Shown: positions 52,782 to 63,800 of the stretch, one piece after another
Position numbering within the stretch: position 1 is the first letter of the stretch
Layout of the letters: each line of letters opens with the position of its first letter
Assembly (NCBI GenBank): GCA_963738855.1
Contig: CAVTYC010000003.1
Location: 214,241 to 278,240 of the forward strand
Origin: an uncultured Acidobacteriaceae bacterium
Lineage (GTDB): Bacteria > Acidobacteriota > Terriglobia > Terriglobales > Acidobacteriaceae
Length of the DNA stretch: 64,000 nt
Direction of reading: 5' to 3'
Notes under the pieces: generated by a model
The model's input: only the letters and a program-made list of their open reading frames with translations
What the model was told of the DNA's origin: nothing
Database searches by the model: none
Program-made: the position numbers and the translations under genes

Positions 52782-52917
52782 CGGGAAGCGACAGATTCGG
52801 CTCTGATGGCCATCCTTGCGCTGGAGCAAGGTGAGTCTAATCTGTGTACCGATATAATGTAGATGACCTCCCGTTTAGCGACCTAGTTCTTTCACGGATA
52901 TTCTGAGGCGATTCACC

Positions 52918-54267
52918 GTGAAAGACCGACCGAATTGGCGAGTTGGAGCAGCATTGACTATCACCACGCAGCGCGTTGCACAAGCGCCATCTATTGAACA
53001 GCAACGAGTTCTCCTCGACCGGATCCTCTCTTCCAAGCTTTTTTGCAAGTCGCACCGCCTCGCCAGCTTTCTTCGCTTCATCTGCGAGGAGCAGCAGCAG
53101 GGGCGCGGCCATACGATCCAGGAACAGCGCATCGGCACAGTTGTCTTCGGCCGCCCGGAGAGCTACCACATGGGCGAGGACAGCATTGTGCGCTCGCAAG
53201 CCCGCTTCCTTCGACTTCGGCTGCAGGAATACTTCGCCACGGAGGGAAAGGATGAGCCGATCGTTCTCACCGTCCCAAAGGGAAGCTACGTCCCGGAGTT
53301 TGGTTTCCGGGAACCGGTTGCCCAGATTGCGGCTTATGTCCCAACTCCGCCCGCCGTGGAGTCTGCGGATGAGCTTGTCCCGCTTGAAGAACCACAGCAG
53401 GGTCGTTCTTACCGAGGCGTGTTGGTTGCCGCTGCCCTCATGGCCCTGTGTGCTGCCGTGTTCATCGGCTGGCGTTTGGCTGGCCCGAATGGAATAGCGA
53501 GAGTTACAAGACCTGAGCTGCACTTCTGGACCAGCATCTTCGATCCGAAGAGGTCGACCCTCATTGTGCCAGCGGACAGCAGTCTCGTCCTGATGGATGA
53601 GCTGACTGGCACGGAAATTAGACTGCCGGACTACACGACGAGGCGCTATCGCAGCTTCAAACCACCGTCCGAAATGGAACACCTCTGGACCACACTTGTT
53701 CAGAGTCAATATACGAGCGTTGCGGACCTAAGGATCGTCTCGGAGCTCGAGCGTCTACCACAGGTAGATCCAACGAAGACCCAGATTCGCTTCGCTCGCG
53801 ATCTAAGTGTGAGTGAGATCAAACAGAACAATGTTGTCATTATCGGGAGTGAGCGGGCAAACCCCTGGGTCGAACTGTTCGACGGATACGGCCGTTTTCG
53901 GGTCGGCTATGACGCGCAGGCAAAGGCGAATGTTGTGGAGAACCGCGATCCAAGCTCGGGAGAAAAGCCGCTATACGTTGAGCTGGGCGATGCAAGCGAA
54001 CACCAGGCTTATGGAGTAATCCGCTATCTGTCCAGTCTCGATGGCCAAAGCTCGTCGCTGCTCATTGGCGGTACCAGCAGGGCGGGGACGGAGGCTGCGG
54101 CAGAGTTCCTGCTCGGCCCGGATTTCCCGAAATTCCTCAAAACGCTCGCTCAAGGGAGAGAAGTTCCGCATTTCGAGCTACTGCTCTCGGCGAGCAACCT
54201 GAACGGGAACTCCTACCAAAGCACCGTCGTCTGCTATCACCGGTTGACGAACGCCGGCGGCCAATAG
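52918..54267 (+). CDS. Membrane-anchored one-component regulator-like protein (N-terminal putative DNA-binding domain, TM, extracytoplasmic domain); start uncertain
   Basis: RILSS-F-RL-FLRFI, IG-VFGR, DSIVRSQARFLRLRLQEYF, VPKGSYVPEF; single TM; NNVVIIGS-ANPW. Confidence 0.75.
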   Translation: MKDRPNWRVGAALTITTQRVAQAPSIEQQRVLLDRILSSKLFCKSHRLASFLRFICEEQQQGRGHTIQEQRIGTVVFGRPESYHMGEDSIVRSQARFLRLRLQEYFATEGKDEPIVLTVPKGSYVPEFGFREPVAQIAAYVPTPPAVESADELVPLEEPQQGRSYRGVLVAAALMALCAAVFIGWRLAGPNGIARVTRPELHFWTSIFDPKRSTLIVPADSSLVLMDELTGTEIRLPDYTTRRYRSFKPPSEMEHLWTTLVQSQYTSVADLRIVSELERLPQVDPTKTQIRFARDLSVSEIKQNNVVIIGSERANPWVELFDGYGRFRVGYDAQAKANVVENRDPSSGEKPLYVELGDASEHQAYGVIRYLSSLDGQSSSLLIGGTSRAGTEAAAEFLLGPDFPKFLKTLAQGREVPHFELLLSASNLNGNSYQSTVVCYHRLTNAGGQ

Positions 54268-54347
54268 CGGCGACTGCGGAAAGTCACTCGAGCATTGAGG
54301 CCTGCCTATCGCTCCTTTCCCCGGCAGCTGAGTGCGGCACGCGCCGC

Positions 54348-54423
54348 TTCACGGTGACCGTAAATCATTGCAATAGCTAATGTTTAAGGCGTTTCACGGT
54401 GAAATTGGAAGCGAACCGTGAAA
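54348..54423. promoter_or_regulatory. Candidate operator array (TTCACGG/CCGTGAA half-sites)
   Basis: TTCACGGTGACCGTAAA, TTTCACGGTGAAA, ACCGTGAAA; same motif at 52890-52923. Confidence 0.6.
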
Positions 54424-54535
54424 TACGTTGCGAGCCGCACATTTGCCCATCAATACTCACTCTCGATTCTCCTCAGGGCCCATTTGTTGAGAGTGAAGCT
54501 TAAGGCATCCTGAGCCTAGAACCTGGAGGCGGTAC

Positions 54536-57500
54536 ATGAAGTTTCGTAAGTCACTTGCGGTCGGGCATCTCGCGATAAACGCGCGGAGACGGAGCCTGCT
54601 CTGCACCCCTATTCTGGGATTGATGCTTCTGGCGGGCGCGCGCCTGTTTGCGCAAGGCATCACCGGTACAATTTCTGGTACCGTAACCGACCCCACCGGC
54701 GCCGCTGTGCCCGGAGCCACGGTTACCATCCGTCAGGCGAGCACCAACGCGCTGCACGCCGTGACCACGTCGGACAACGGGAGCTTCACTGCCACCCAGC
54801 TGCCCCCGGGCGACTATGCGGTAGACGTCGAGCATCAGGGGTTTGAGCATTTTCGCCAGACTGGCGTTCACCTCACCATCGACCAGACCGTCTCCCTGAC
54901 GGCTGTGCTTCCGCTAGGTTCGCTTTCGGAAACGGTTAATGTCTCGGGTGCGGCTCCCGTCATCCAGACAAGCGACTCCTCAGTCGGGTCGGTCATCGAG
55001 AGCCAGGCCATTCAGAACACACCGCTTAACGGTCGCCTCAGCCTCATGGGTCTGATTGCGCTGGCGCCCGGCGTGCAGGGTGTCGGTGCGCAGGACCAGC
55101 TCGCCACTCGTGGGATGACATTTGCCGGCGGCACCGGCTCGCGCAACTCCTACGGCGGCCTCGCGTCTACGCTGGACGGCGTCAGCAACGCCGAGGTCAC
55201 ATTGCAAAGAGCAGAGCCGGAGATTCCATCACTGGATGCGATCTCGCAGTTCAAGATGGTCACCACGGGCGCCCCGGCGGAATTCGGCCAGCCGATGGCA
55301 CTTATCGTCGCAAGTGCCAGCGGCACCAATCGCTTCCATGGTGAGTTGCTGGAATACAACCGCTCCAAAGGTATGGGAGCGAAGTCCTACTTCAACGGGG
55401 CGGCCCGACGGCCGCCGTACGAGCGCAACGAATTCGGCGGAAACTTCAATGGGCCAATCTTGATACCAGGGCTTTACGACGGGCGCGACCGCAGCTTCTT
55501 CTTTGTGGGCTACGAGGGGTTTCGGCTCTCGCAGTCCTACACGGACAACACGCAGCAGCCGACCGCGCTGATGCGCCAGGGTATCTTCACGGAGTTTCCC
55601 ACGCTGAAGCTCATCGATCCTCTGACAGGTCTGCCGTTCACCACGGCCAACACGATTCCCACGGGCCGCATCAACGCGGTCTCGCAGCAGCTCATGAACC
55701 TGCTGATGCCTGCGACCACGACCTCCGGAACGGGCGTAAATACGTTCGAGCAGGTCTCGGAGACGGCGATCTCCAGCCGCTTCTCTGTTCGGTTGGATCA
55801 CCGTCTGACGAACAAAGATCAGATACGCTTCACGTATCTGCGCGCCTTCTATGGGCCAAACCCAACGAATGGCTCCGACAGTTTGCAGGGCGGGAATGCC
55901 CAGGACGGCGAGCACAACTCGAACTACATCCTCGGATGGACGCACACGTTCAACGCGAACCTGCTGGTAGACACCTATGCCTCCTTCTTCCATTTGCCGA
56001 TTTACCGCACACCGCAGAACTACAAGACGGACTTCGCGGCGATCATCCCCGGCCTGGGAACGCAGTTGATCAATGGCGCGCCGCAGATCTCCATCTCGAA
56101 TATTCAGTCGATCTCGGAACAGGGATCCAAGGATCTTGAGCAGGTCGGGCAGATCGGTACGAACATCACCAAGGTAACCGAGCGCCACACGATCAAATTC
56201 GGATTCTCCTATCTCTATGACAACCACTGGAACAATGCGGCGAGCGCTCCGGCGCACGGCCAGTACACGTTCAACGGGCGCTACACGGGCAATGCGTTCG
56301 CGGACTTCCTGCTGGGCTATCCGGTGTCAACCGCCAAGCCGACCCCCAACAACTACATCACCCGCAACATCTCTGCTCAGTACGCGGGCTATGTGCAGGA
56401 CGATTGGAGGCCCTTCCAAAAGCTGACGATCAACGCCGGCCTGCGCTACGACTTGCAATGGTTCCGCGACAATCCCTATGGTCTGGACTCGCTCTACGTT
56501 CCATCTTTGAAGGAAGTTGTGGTCTTCGGCAGCCAGTATCCTTCGGCCGCGATTCCGCAGTTCCTCTCGTCCATTCCCATCACGCTTTCGGGGACGGCAG
56601 GACTGCCAAACAGCGTCTTCTCCTACCTCGGTCAGGACAAGGGCAACTTTGCGCCACGCCTCGGCTTCGCGTACGAGACGCTCCCCAACACGGTTCTTCG
56701 CGGAGCCTTCGGTATTTACTACAACCTGCTGCCGTCTTCGTATGTAGGCACGGCGCCGTTCGCGAACCTTCCGTTCTCCGGTTCGCAGACCTATAACAAC
56801 TCGACGAGCAATCCGCCTGCCTTCTCCATGTCGAATCCTTTCTCGGCGACGGGCACATTCACGTCGAACCCCAACGTGCTGGCGCAGGCTAAGACTGTGA
56901 CGCCCTACACCGAGGAGTACAACCTTGCGCTCGAGCATCAGTTCGCCGACAACTGGGCAGTGCGTGTCGGGTACGTGGGTCAGCACAACGTCAAGCAGAA
57001 CAACTACGGGGGCAGCGGCAATTACGCGCCGAACATTAACCTCCCGGCGCAACCGACTCCCATACGGTCAGGATCGGGCGTGACGGTGCAGAGCCTCAAT
57101 CAGGTGCAGCCGTTCTCGACAATCAGTCTGAACATGGACCCGATCTTCCACAGCAATATGAACTCGCTGCAGGTCGGCGCGCATCATCAGTACCGCAGCG
57201 GCGTAGCGTTTGGAGCGGAGTACCAGTGGACTCGCGTGCTCGGCACAGAGAACCTCGAGAATCCTTCGGGAGTTACGCCGAACGACTCTCATGGGCCGAT
57301 CGCCGGCATTGCCCCGCAGGTTCTCACGGTCAACTATTCTTACCTCCTCCCATTTGGCCACGGCAGGGTATTCCTCTCGGGAGCCAACGGACTGGTTGAT
57401 AAGGTCGTCGGCGGTTGGCAGGTTTCCGGCATCACGGTGTTCCAGAACGGCCAACCGTTCTCCGTCACCTATACGGCGCCAGGCAGCTTCACCGATGCCA

Positions 57501-57910
57501 GCGGCAATGTGTGGACGAATCTCGCCAGCGGCCGCGCTAACCGCGTCATGGGTGTGCCCTTTTACCCGACGGCGAAGACGAGGCAGCAGTGGTTCAACCC
57601 CGCAGCGTTTGCAGCACCAACGAACGCCGCAGGCATACCCGGCGGAGCATATGGCAACTCCGGCTATGACATGCTACGCGGGCCACGCTACCAGAGCTGG
57701 GACGTCAATCTCGAGAAGAACATCGAATGGAAGGAGCGTTACCGCGTCCAGTTGCGCGCCGACGCATTCAACGTCTTCAATCACCCAAACTTCGGAATTC
57801 CAGCCGCGAATATCAGCAATACGTCGACGGTTGGAACGATCACGTCGGTAAGCAGCACGCCAACGTACCAACAGCGCACAGTAGAGTTCGCGGCTAAGTT
57901 CAACTTTTAG
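54536..57910 (+). CDS. TonB-dependent receptor with CarboxypepD-reg-like domain
   Basis: GGAGG RBS, GTVTDPTGA, PLNGR, DAISQF, LRADAFNVFNHPNF, terminal AKFNF. Confidence 0.95.
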   Translation: MKFRKSLAVGHLAINARRRSLLCTPILGLMLLAGARLFAQGITGTISGTVTDPTGAAVPGATVTIRQASTNALHAVTTSDNGSFTATQLPPGDYAVDVEHQGFEHFRQTGVHLTIDQTVSLTAVLPLGSLSETVNVSGAAPVIQTSDSSVGSVIESQAIQNTPLNGRLSLMGLIALAPGVQGVGAQDQLATRGMTFAGGTGSRNSYGGLASTLDGVSNAEVTLQRAEPEIPSLDAISQFKMVTTGAPAEFGQPMALIVASASGTNRFHGELLEYNRSKGMGAKSYFNGAARRPPYERNEFGGNFNGPILIPGLYDGRDRSFFFVGYEGFRLSQSYTDNTQQPTALMRQGIFTEFPTLKLIDPLTGLPFTTANTIPTGRINAVSQQLMNLLMPATTTSGTGVNTFEQVSETAISSRFSVRLDHRLTNKDQIRFTYLRAFYGPNPTNGSDSLQGGNAQDGEHNSNYILGWTHTFNANLLVDTYASFFHLPIYRTPQNYKTDFAAIIPGLGTQLINGAPQISISNIQSISEQGSKDLEQVGQIGTNITKVTERHTIKFGFSYLYDNHWNNAASAPAHGQYTFNGRYTGNAFADFLLGYPVSTAKPTPNNYITRNISAQYAGYVQDDWRPFQKLTINAGLRYDLQWFRDNPYGLDSLYVPSLKEVVVFGSQYPSAAIPQFLSSIPITLSGTAGLPNSVFSYLGQDKGNFAPRLGFAYETLPNTVLRGAFGIYYNLLPSSYVGTAPFANLPFSGSQTYNNSTSNPPAFSMSNPFSATGTFTSNPNVLAQAKTVTPYTEEYNLALEHQFADNWAVRVGYVGQHNVKQNNYGGSGNYAPNINLPAQPTPIRSGSGVTVQSLNQVQPFSTISLNMDPIFHSNMNSLQVGAHHQYRSGVAFGAEYQWTRVLGTENLENPSGVTPNDSHGPIAGIAPQVLTVNYSYLLPFGHGRVFLSGANGLVDKVVGGWQVSGITVFQNGQPFSVTYTAPGSFTDASGNVWTNLASGRANRVMGVPFYPTAKTRQQWFNPAAFAAPTNAAGIPGGAYGNSGYDMLRGPRYQSWDVNLEKNIEWKERYRVQLRADAFNVFNHPNFGIPAANISNTSTVGTITSVSSTPTYQQRTVEFAAKFNF

Positions 57911-57935
57911 CGTCTGCTGCGAACCCTTTTGGTAC

Positions 57936-57973
57936 GACACAGCAGCGAGCTTGCTAAAGTTCGCTGCTGTGTC
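57936..57973 (+). other. Intra-operon stem-loop after the receptor gene
   Basis: GACACAGCAGCGAGCTT...AAGTTCGCTGCTGTGTC, no U tract. Confidence 0.6.
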
Positions 57974-57982
57974 CCATGATCG

Positions 57983-59524
57983 ATGGAGACTTTGATGATT
58001 CGGCAATTTCTGGGCGTTTTGTTGGTTGCTGCAGCAACCTCGCTCCTGCCTGCGCAGAGCGTTCCCACTGCGCGGCACATCTCTCCCGTAAAGCTCGACC
58101 GAAATACGAGCGAGCTCTTCCGGGATTCGATGTACTGGGACAATTACTTCTATGACAGCTCGGCCAAGCTGGTGCGCAGCCCATACGGCGCGATGGATGC
58201 GCACAGTGCGGGGCGTTACATGGTGCGTGAGTCGAGCTGGTACGCTCTGGGCCTGCTGTTTAGCGATCAGCAAGGCGACCGCGAGCGTGCCGCCCAGATA
58301 TTGGATACCGTGCTGAAGGAGCAATACACGCAGTCGGGTGTACGCTGGTTCGGTACCTACAAACGCACGCCGGAGGAACCAGACCCCACTAACAAATCCA
58401 TCATCTGGCGCGGCTATGACCCAAACTGGCGTCACTTCATCGGCACTACGTTCGCGATCATCCTGATCGAGTTCCCCGAACGTGTCTCACCCGAGTTGCG
58501 CGGTCGCATGTATAAAGCCATCGATCTTGCGATCGAGGGCGAGATGCAAGAAGGGCGGCTCGTGCCGTCATACACCAACATCGCACTGATGTACGGGTTC
58601 CTGTGGGACTTCGCCGCGGTGCATGACCACAATGCCGCTTGGCTGCAGCAGTCCGCCGCGTGGAACGAACAAGTCTACAGCCTCTACAAGCAGGACGGCA
58701 CATTTTACGAGTACAACTCCCCGACCTATTGCGGAGTGGACATCTACGGTCTTGCGCTCTTCCGTGATTACGGCTCGTCCGAGCACATGCGTGCCATCGG
58801 GAGCGAGATGGAAGCGGGCCTCTGGCACGATCTGATGAAGTACTACCAGCCCGACCTGCGCAACCTGAGCGGCCCCTATGACCGCTCCTATGGCATGGAC
58901 ATGGAGAGCTACGTTAGCGTGGTCGGCCTGTGGATCCGCACGGTGCTCGACGCGGCGCATGCACCTTTCCCGCAACTCTCCGCCACGACCGACCATCTTC
59001 CAGATCTCTGGTTCGCGCCCCACGCCGCGATCCTTGGAACGAGCATCCCCGCCGATGCGCTATCCAAGATGAAACAGTTGGGGGGGGAGCACCTGGTGCG
59101 CCAGCAAATCGATGCGAACCGCATTGCAACAGCATGGATCGGCAAGGATATGATCTTCGGCGGTGAGCTCACGCACAAGACGAAGGACGCCGGCACGACG
59201 ACCCAGTTCCATCCGGCCACAATCCAGTGGCGTACACCGTCCGGCTCCATTGGGTGGGTGCAACTCGTGCAGTGTCCGCCTGTCGACGCGAGTGCGGATG
59301 AACACGGCCTCACCATCGATACCTCCGGCACGGCTAGATTCCGACTGCACGCCGCGGGGCTCGATAAGAGCAAGATAAGCGGGACAGTATGGGACCTTCC
59401 GGGAGTGCACATCACGGCCCAGAGCGACGCGACAGGCTCTACCGTGGAAGCCGGCAAGGACTACGTCGATGTGGTGTACAACGGCATGAATCACATGCAC
59501 CTCTCCATTCAGGGGGTACGGTAG
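57983..59524 (+). CDS. Secreted hypothetical protein, probably carbohydrate-active
   Basis: Signal peptide; aromatic/acidic motifs YDPNWRHF, YTNIALM, EYNSPTYCG, GPYDRSYG; PUL-like context. Confidence 0.7.
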   Translation: METLMIRQFLGVLLVAAATSLLPAQSVPTARHISPVKLDRNTSELFRDSMYWDNYFYDSSAKLVRSPYGAMDAHSAGRYMVRESSWYALGLLFSDQQGDRERAAQILDTVLKEQYTQSGVRWFGTYKRTPEEPDPTNKSIIWRGYDPNWRHFIGTTFAIILIEFPERVSPELRGRMYKAIDLAIEGEMQEGRLVPSYTNIALMYGFLWDFAAVHDHNAAWLQQSAAWNEQVYSLYKQDGTFYEYNSPTYCGVDIYGLALFRDYGSSEHMRAIGSEMEAGLWHDLMKYYQPDLRNLSGPYDRSYGMDMESYVSVVGLWIRTVLDAAHAPFPQLSATTDHLPDLWFAPHAAILGTSIPADALSKMKQLGGEHLVRQQIDANRIATAWIGKDMIFGGELTHKTKDAGTTTQFHPATIQWRTPSGSIGWVQLVQCPPVDASADEHGLTIDTSGTARFRLHAAGLDKSKISGTVWDLPGVHITAQSDATGSTVEAGKDYVDVVYNGMNHMHLSIQGVR

Positions 59525-59530
59525 GTTTCG

Positions 59531-60613
59531 ATGAAAAACACGCACTGTCTTGTCCTTTCGTTGTTGTCACTCGCAACATGCTCTCTCTTAGCACAGACGC
59601 CGCAGTCCTATTTCACGAATTGGCCTGCGGGTCTCTCGCCGCAGGAAGTAGGGAAGCGTGTTGCCGAGCACTTTATGCCCAGCCCGCATCACCAGCCGCA
59701 ATCCATTCATTATTCTGAGGCCGCGACCTGGTACGGCGCGCTCACCTTTGCCTCACTCACGCATGACGCGGTGCTGCAGCAGGAGCTCGTTCATCGGTTC
59801 GATCCCCTGCTGCCCGGCGGGGCTGAAGTTGCCATGATTCCTCGGCGCCGTCACGTGGATGATGAAATCTTCGGTATTATCCCTATGGAGATCGGCATCG
59901 AGACGCACGATACGAAATACACTGCCATGGGTCTGCGGTTTGCCGATCGTCAATGGGAGAACCCGCAGCCTGACGGGCTTTCCGCCGAAACGCGGTACTG
60001 GATCGATGATATGTACATGCTCACGATCCTGCAGCTTGAGGCCTATCGCGCTACGGGCGATCGCAAATATCTGGATCGCGACGCAAAAGAGATGGCAGCG
60101 TACTTGGACAAGCTGCAGCAGGCGAACGGCCTGTTCTATCACGCACCTGATGTTCCGTACTTTTGGGGCCGCGGTGATGGTTGGGTCGCGGCCGGCATGG
60201 CAGAGATGCTGCGCGATCTTCCTGCTGACCACCCGCAGCGCGCACGCATCCTCGATGGCTACCGGAAGATGATGGCCGGCCTGCTGAAGTATCAAGGCAA
60301 GGACGGCATGTGGCGGCAGCTCATCAATCACGACGAAGCGTGGCCCGAGAGCTCCGGCTCCGCCATGTTCACGTTCGCGATGATCACGGGCGTGAAGAAC
60401 GGCTGGCTGGATGCTGCCACGTATGGCCCGGCCGCTCGGCGGGCGTGGATTGCCGTCGCCGGGTATATTGACCAGAACGACAACATCACGAGCGTGTGTG
60501 AGGGAACGAACAAGTTCAACAGCTTGGACTACTACATCGCGCGCAAGCGCCGCACGGGAGACTTCCATGGCCAGGCGCCGGTGCTATGGGCGGCCTCGGC
60601 CCTGCTCCGCTAA
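59531..60613 (+). CDS. GH105/GH88-type unsaturated glycuronyl hydrolase
   Basis: WIDDMYM, GLFYH, WGRGDGW, GMWRQ, ESSGSAMF, VCEGT. Confidence 0.9.
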   Translation: MKNTHCLVLSLLSLATCSLLAQTPQSYFTNWPAGLSPQEVGKRVAEHFMPSPHHQPQSIHYSEAATWYGALTFASLTHDAVLQQELVHRFDPLLPGGAEVAMIPRRRHVDDEIFGIIPMEIGIETHDTKYTAMGLRFADRQWENPQPDGLSAETRYWIDDMYMLTILQLEAYRATGDRKYLDRDAKEMAAYLDKLQQANGLFYHAPDVPYFWGRGDGWVAAGMAEMLRDLPADHPQRARILDGYRKMMAGLLKYQGKDGMWRQLINHDEAWPESSGSAMFTFAMITGVKNGWLDAATYGPAARRAWIAVAGYIDQNDNITSVCEGTNKFNSLDYYIARKRRTGDFHGQAPVLWAASALLR

Positions 60614-60743
60614 GGACGCCGACCGGGCACCAAGCCCCAATGCTTTTGCAGTAAGGCCGCGATCACCGAAAGAGCCGAAGTTCTACCGGGATCGGCCGTG
60701 AGGAAATCATCCAGACCCTCAATCCCGTTGCTCTTAGCTCTTA

Positions 60744-60778
60744 CAGCGGTTCGATCCCGCTGAGTTCCACCAAAATAA
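60744..60778 (+). repeat. att site: displaced copy of the tRNA-Ala 3' end
   Basis: CAGCGGTTCGATCCCGCTGAGTTCCACCAAAATAA versus CAGCGGTTCGATCCCGCTCAGCTCCACCAAAATAA. Confidence 0.9.
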
Positions 60779-60805
60779 CGAGTTCCTTCTGTTTAATTCT
60801 GCAGC

Positions 60806-63800
60806 TCAAAATTGCACTCGATTGTTCATCTGGGTGATCTCGGGTATCGTTCCGTTGGATTCGATGGTGACGCTTCCGCCTTGCCAGTCTGCGAACGCCG
60901 GTAGAGTCAAGGCGACGGAAGTGGTCTTGGGGAAGAGGTCAAGCGGAGCCTTCAGGGCAGGGACGGACCCGGTGGCGAGGGTCTTTCCTGCCTTGTCGCG
61001 GAGCACGAGCTTCGCTGGCGGCGTATCGACGGAGCCCAGACTGTGGACTGTGACCCGCATGCGATTGCCTTCGACCTTGATGTCGTCCGCGCCGATCCCG
61101 AGGTCGGGTCGCGACCAGTAGGGGACGCCTTTGCTGACGAGCTTCAGTTCAAGCACGGTAGTGGTGCGCGGCGGGAAGGTGATCTCGAGATCGCGACTGC
61201 GTTCGAAGTCCTCTGTGCGAGTGCTGGCGTTTTGCAGGCGAGCGTCTGTGGAGTACTGCGTGCCCTGCGTGATCTCCCATTTGCCTGGGTCGATCTCCCA
61301 TCCGGTCATGTTCGCTTTCACGGGAGTCGTGTCGAGGTTATAGGCGATGATCTTGAAGTGATCGGGAGTGGCTTCAGGGATGAGGATGGCGACGCTCTGA
61401 TCGTTTGCGGGCGCCTGGAACCTCCAACTGACGACGTTGCCGGGGTAGTCGTAGTTGCGCATCAGGGCGACGCCGCCGAGCCGCGCGCGCTGCAGTTCTC
61501 CGTTGTTGAAGTAGATGCGGTCGATCCATAGGCTGCCTTCGGTATTGAGGAACTCGCGGTTGGCAGCGGTTTCGATCTGCGTGGCGTAGGCCTTTTCGAG
61601 ATATTGCTTGTCGCCGCTTACCTGCCATGCGAGGTGCAGTGGCGTTTCCGTTGCTGCGGGCTTCGAGGCGGATGCAACGACCTTTGGACCCCACTCCTTG
61701 CGAACGTTCAGCATGTCGAGCGCGTCGGAGTTGATCGACTGCAGCGAAGCAGGTCCCTGTTCGAGGAAGGGTTGAATGTACTTCTTGTCGCCCGTCCAAC
61801 GATAAGCGGCCCAGAGGATGAACCAAGGGCGCTCGAGCGGTGTGGTCAGGTCTTCATCGGTCTTGAAGTTAATGGTGGTGTGGATGGTGTATTTGCCATC
61901 TTTGTCCAGCTTGCGATGTGCGAGCAGACCATCGGCTAGTTCCAGCACCATCTTGCGAGTCTCAGGCGCGCCGTTGAAGAGCACCAGTGAGAGCGCAGGA
62001 TGAAACACCATGTAAGAGCTGTCCTTCGACCATCCCCATACGCCTTCTTCAGACATCTTTGCGCCGCTGAAATATGCAGAACGGATGTGGCGATGGCCAG
62101 CGGCGTTGATGCCGGTCAGCCACTCCAGGCGGCGAGCTGTCTCCATCGCGCGTTCGATCTGTTTGGGGCTGCCGAAGTCGATCTGCATCGACTGGGCGAG
62201 AACATTCAGGCCGTCTTCGTAGCTGTGGAGTTCGTCAGCTTGGATGGTTGCCAGCCCGTTGGTGAACATGTGCTGGTCGTACATGGCGTCCATTGTTTTG
62301 AGCAGCGACTTCTTGATTTTGTCTGGCGTGGAGCCCATGAAGGCTAAGCCCGGCCACCAGTTGAGGAAGTCGCTGTCGTCGGAGAGGCCGCCGCCGAACT
62401 CGCCGTTTTCGATCTGACGATTGTCGATGTACCAGTTGATGAGGCGCTTGAGATAGCCGAGATCTTCGACCTGCAGGAACGCCCACTCAGGTACACCGGC
62501 GGGAGGCGTGGGTAGAGTGAATGGCGGCTTTGTCTGCTCGCGGTTCATCTCGTGCCAGTAGATGCGGCCCTGCACGTGTTCAGGATTCACGCGTAGCAGA
62601 TCGGTGATGTCAGCGTCATAGCGGTTGAAGAGATTGAGACGTCTTGAGCCTACGGACTCTTCGACCATGTTGGCGTAGTTGTCGCGTACCTGGGTAAAGC
62701 GGTCGATCTCATGCTCTTTGGTTGCCTCTTTCCACGGCTTGAAGATCAGTCGCAGCTCCGCGCCTTCGAGCGCATCAGGCCCGAACTCCGCGCTGGAGGA
62801 CGCGATGGTGATGTAGAGACTCTTGCCATTGGGCAGAATGCGGTCGCGCGTGTCGAGCCACAGAGTATGCGGTTCGCCCGGCTTCACGGAGAAGCTGAAG
62901 TCGAGCATGTTGCGCATCGGCCATAGAGGATCTTTGATCTGGATGTTCAGCGGCAGATACTCGCCGTGTGTTGGCTTCAGATGCAGTGCGGGCAGATCAA
63001 TTGCGATGCCGTCGAGACCTCCGTCCATGTTCTCCCACCCGTAGGAGTAGGCGTGGCCTCGCTCCGGCGCCATGTCGCGGAAGTCTGCAGGAATCATGAT
63101 GTGGACCAGCGGCAAGCCCTTCTGCGGTGCGGTTCGCTTCGTCTCGGGAGCCCCCGCTGGCATGGCGACCATCGTCATGCGCTCGTCTGCCGGGTAGCGC
63201 CCATCGATGAACGTCAGCAACGGCTTGATCGAAGGATTGTCGGTCTCTGCTTTTGCCGTCAGCTTGTACTTGAGTTGCGCAATGCCCGCCGGTTCTTTGC
63301 CGGGATGCACGTAGTAGGCGGAGAGTTCGCCAATCGGCGTCTCCTGCTCGACGTTCGTGAACCGCAGCTTCTGACCCGTGACTGCAGAGTCAAATTGATG
63401 GAAGGTCTTTTCCTGGGACTGAGGACGTTCGAAGAGTGTCTTCTCGGTTGTGTTGTGTGTGTCTGCACTCTGCGAGAGCAGCGACATATTTCCCCACGCT
63501 CCGCCCGAAATCTCGAGATGGTTCCACGGCTCATCGGGCATGAAGAACGTCAGCGACTTACCTGAGAGCGAGTAGCAATCCCAGTCCGGTAGCTGGAAGT
63601 AATCGTTGCGGCCTACAAGGCGGGAGCGGTTGTAGACACCGGGCCACGTAGTCTCGCGTATGCCGTCGGTGGCCTTCCACCACCAGCGCTTCAGGTCATA
63701 GACGTCGTGTATCTCAACCTTACGAACCGTGGTGAAGGGCGAATCGAGCGGCGTAGGGATATCGCCGGGACGGTTCCAGCCGTAGTGAAACCACCATTCC

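Larger units (their letters stand above)
46801..60778. mobile_element. Decayed genomic island integrated at the tRNA-Ala 3' end
   Basis: 35-bp direct repeat (33/35) at 46801-46835 and 60744-60778; integrase remnant and HTH gene beside the tRNA; lower GC in left part. Confidence 0.85.

Noticed and set aside
60744-60778. Second tRNA gene
   Set aside because: Only the T-arm and 3' acceptor strand are present; interpreted as an att site.
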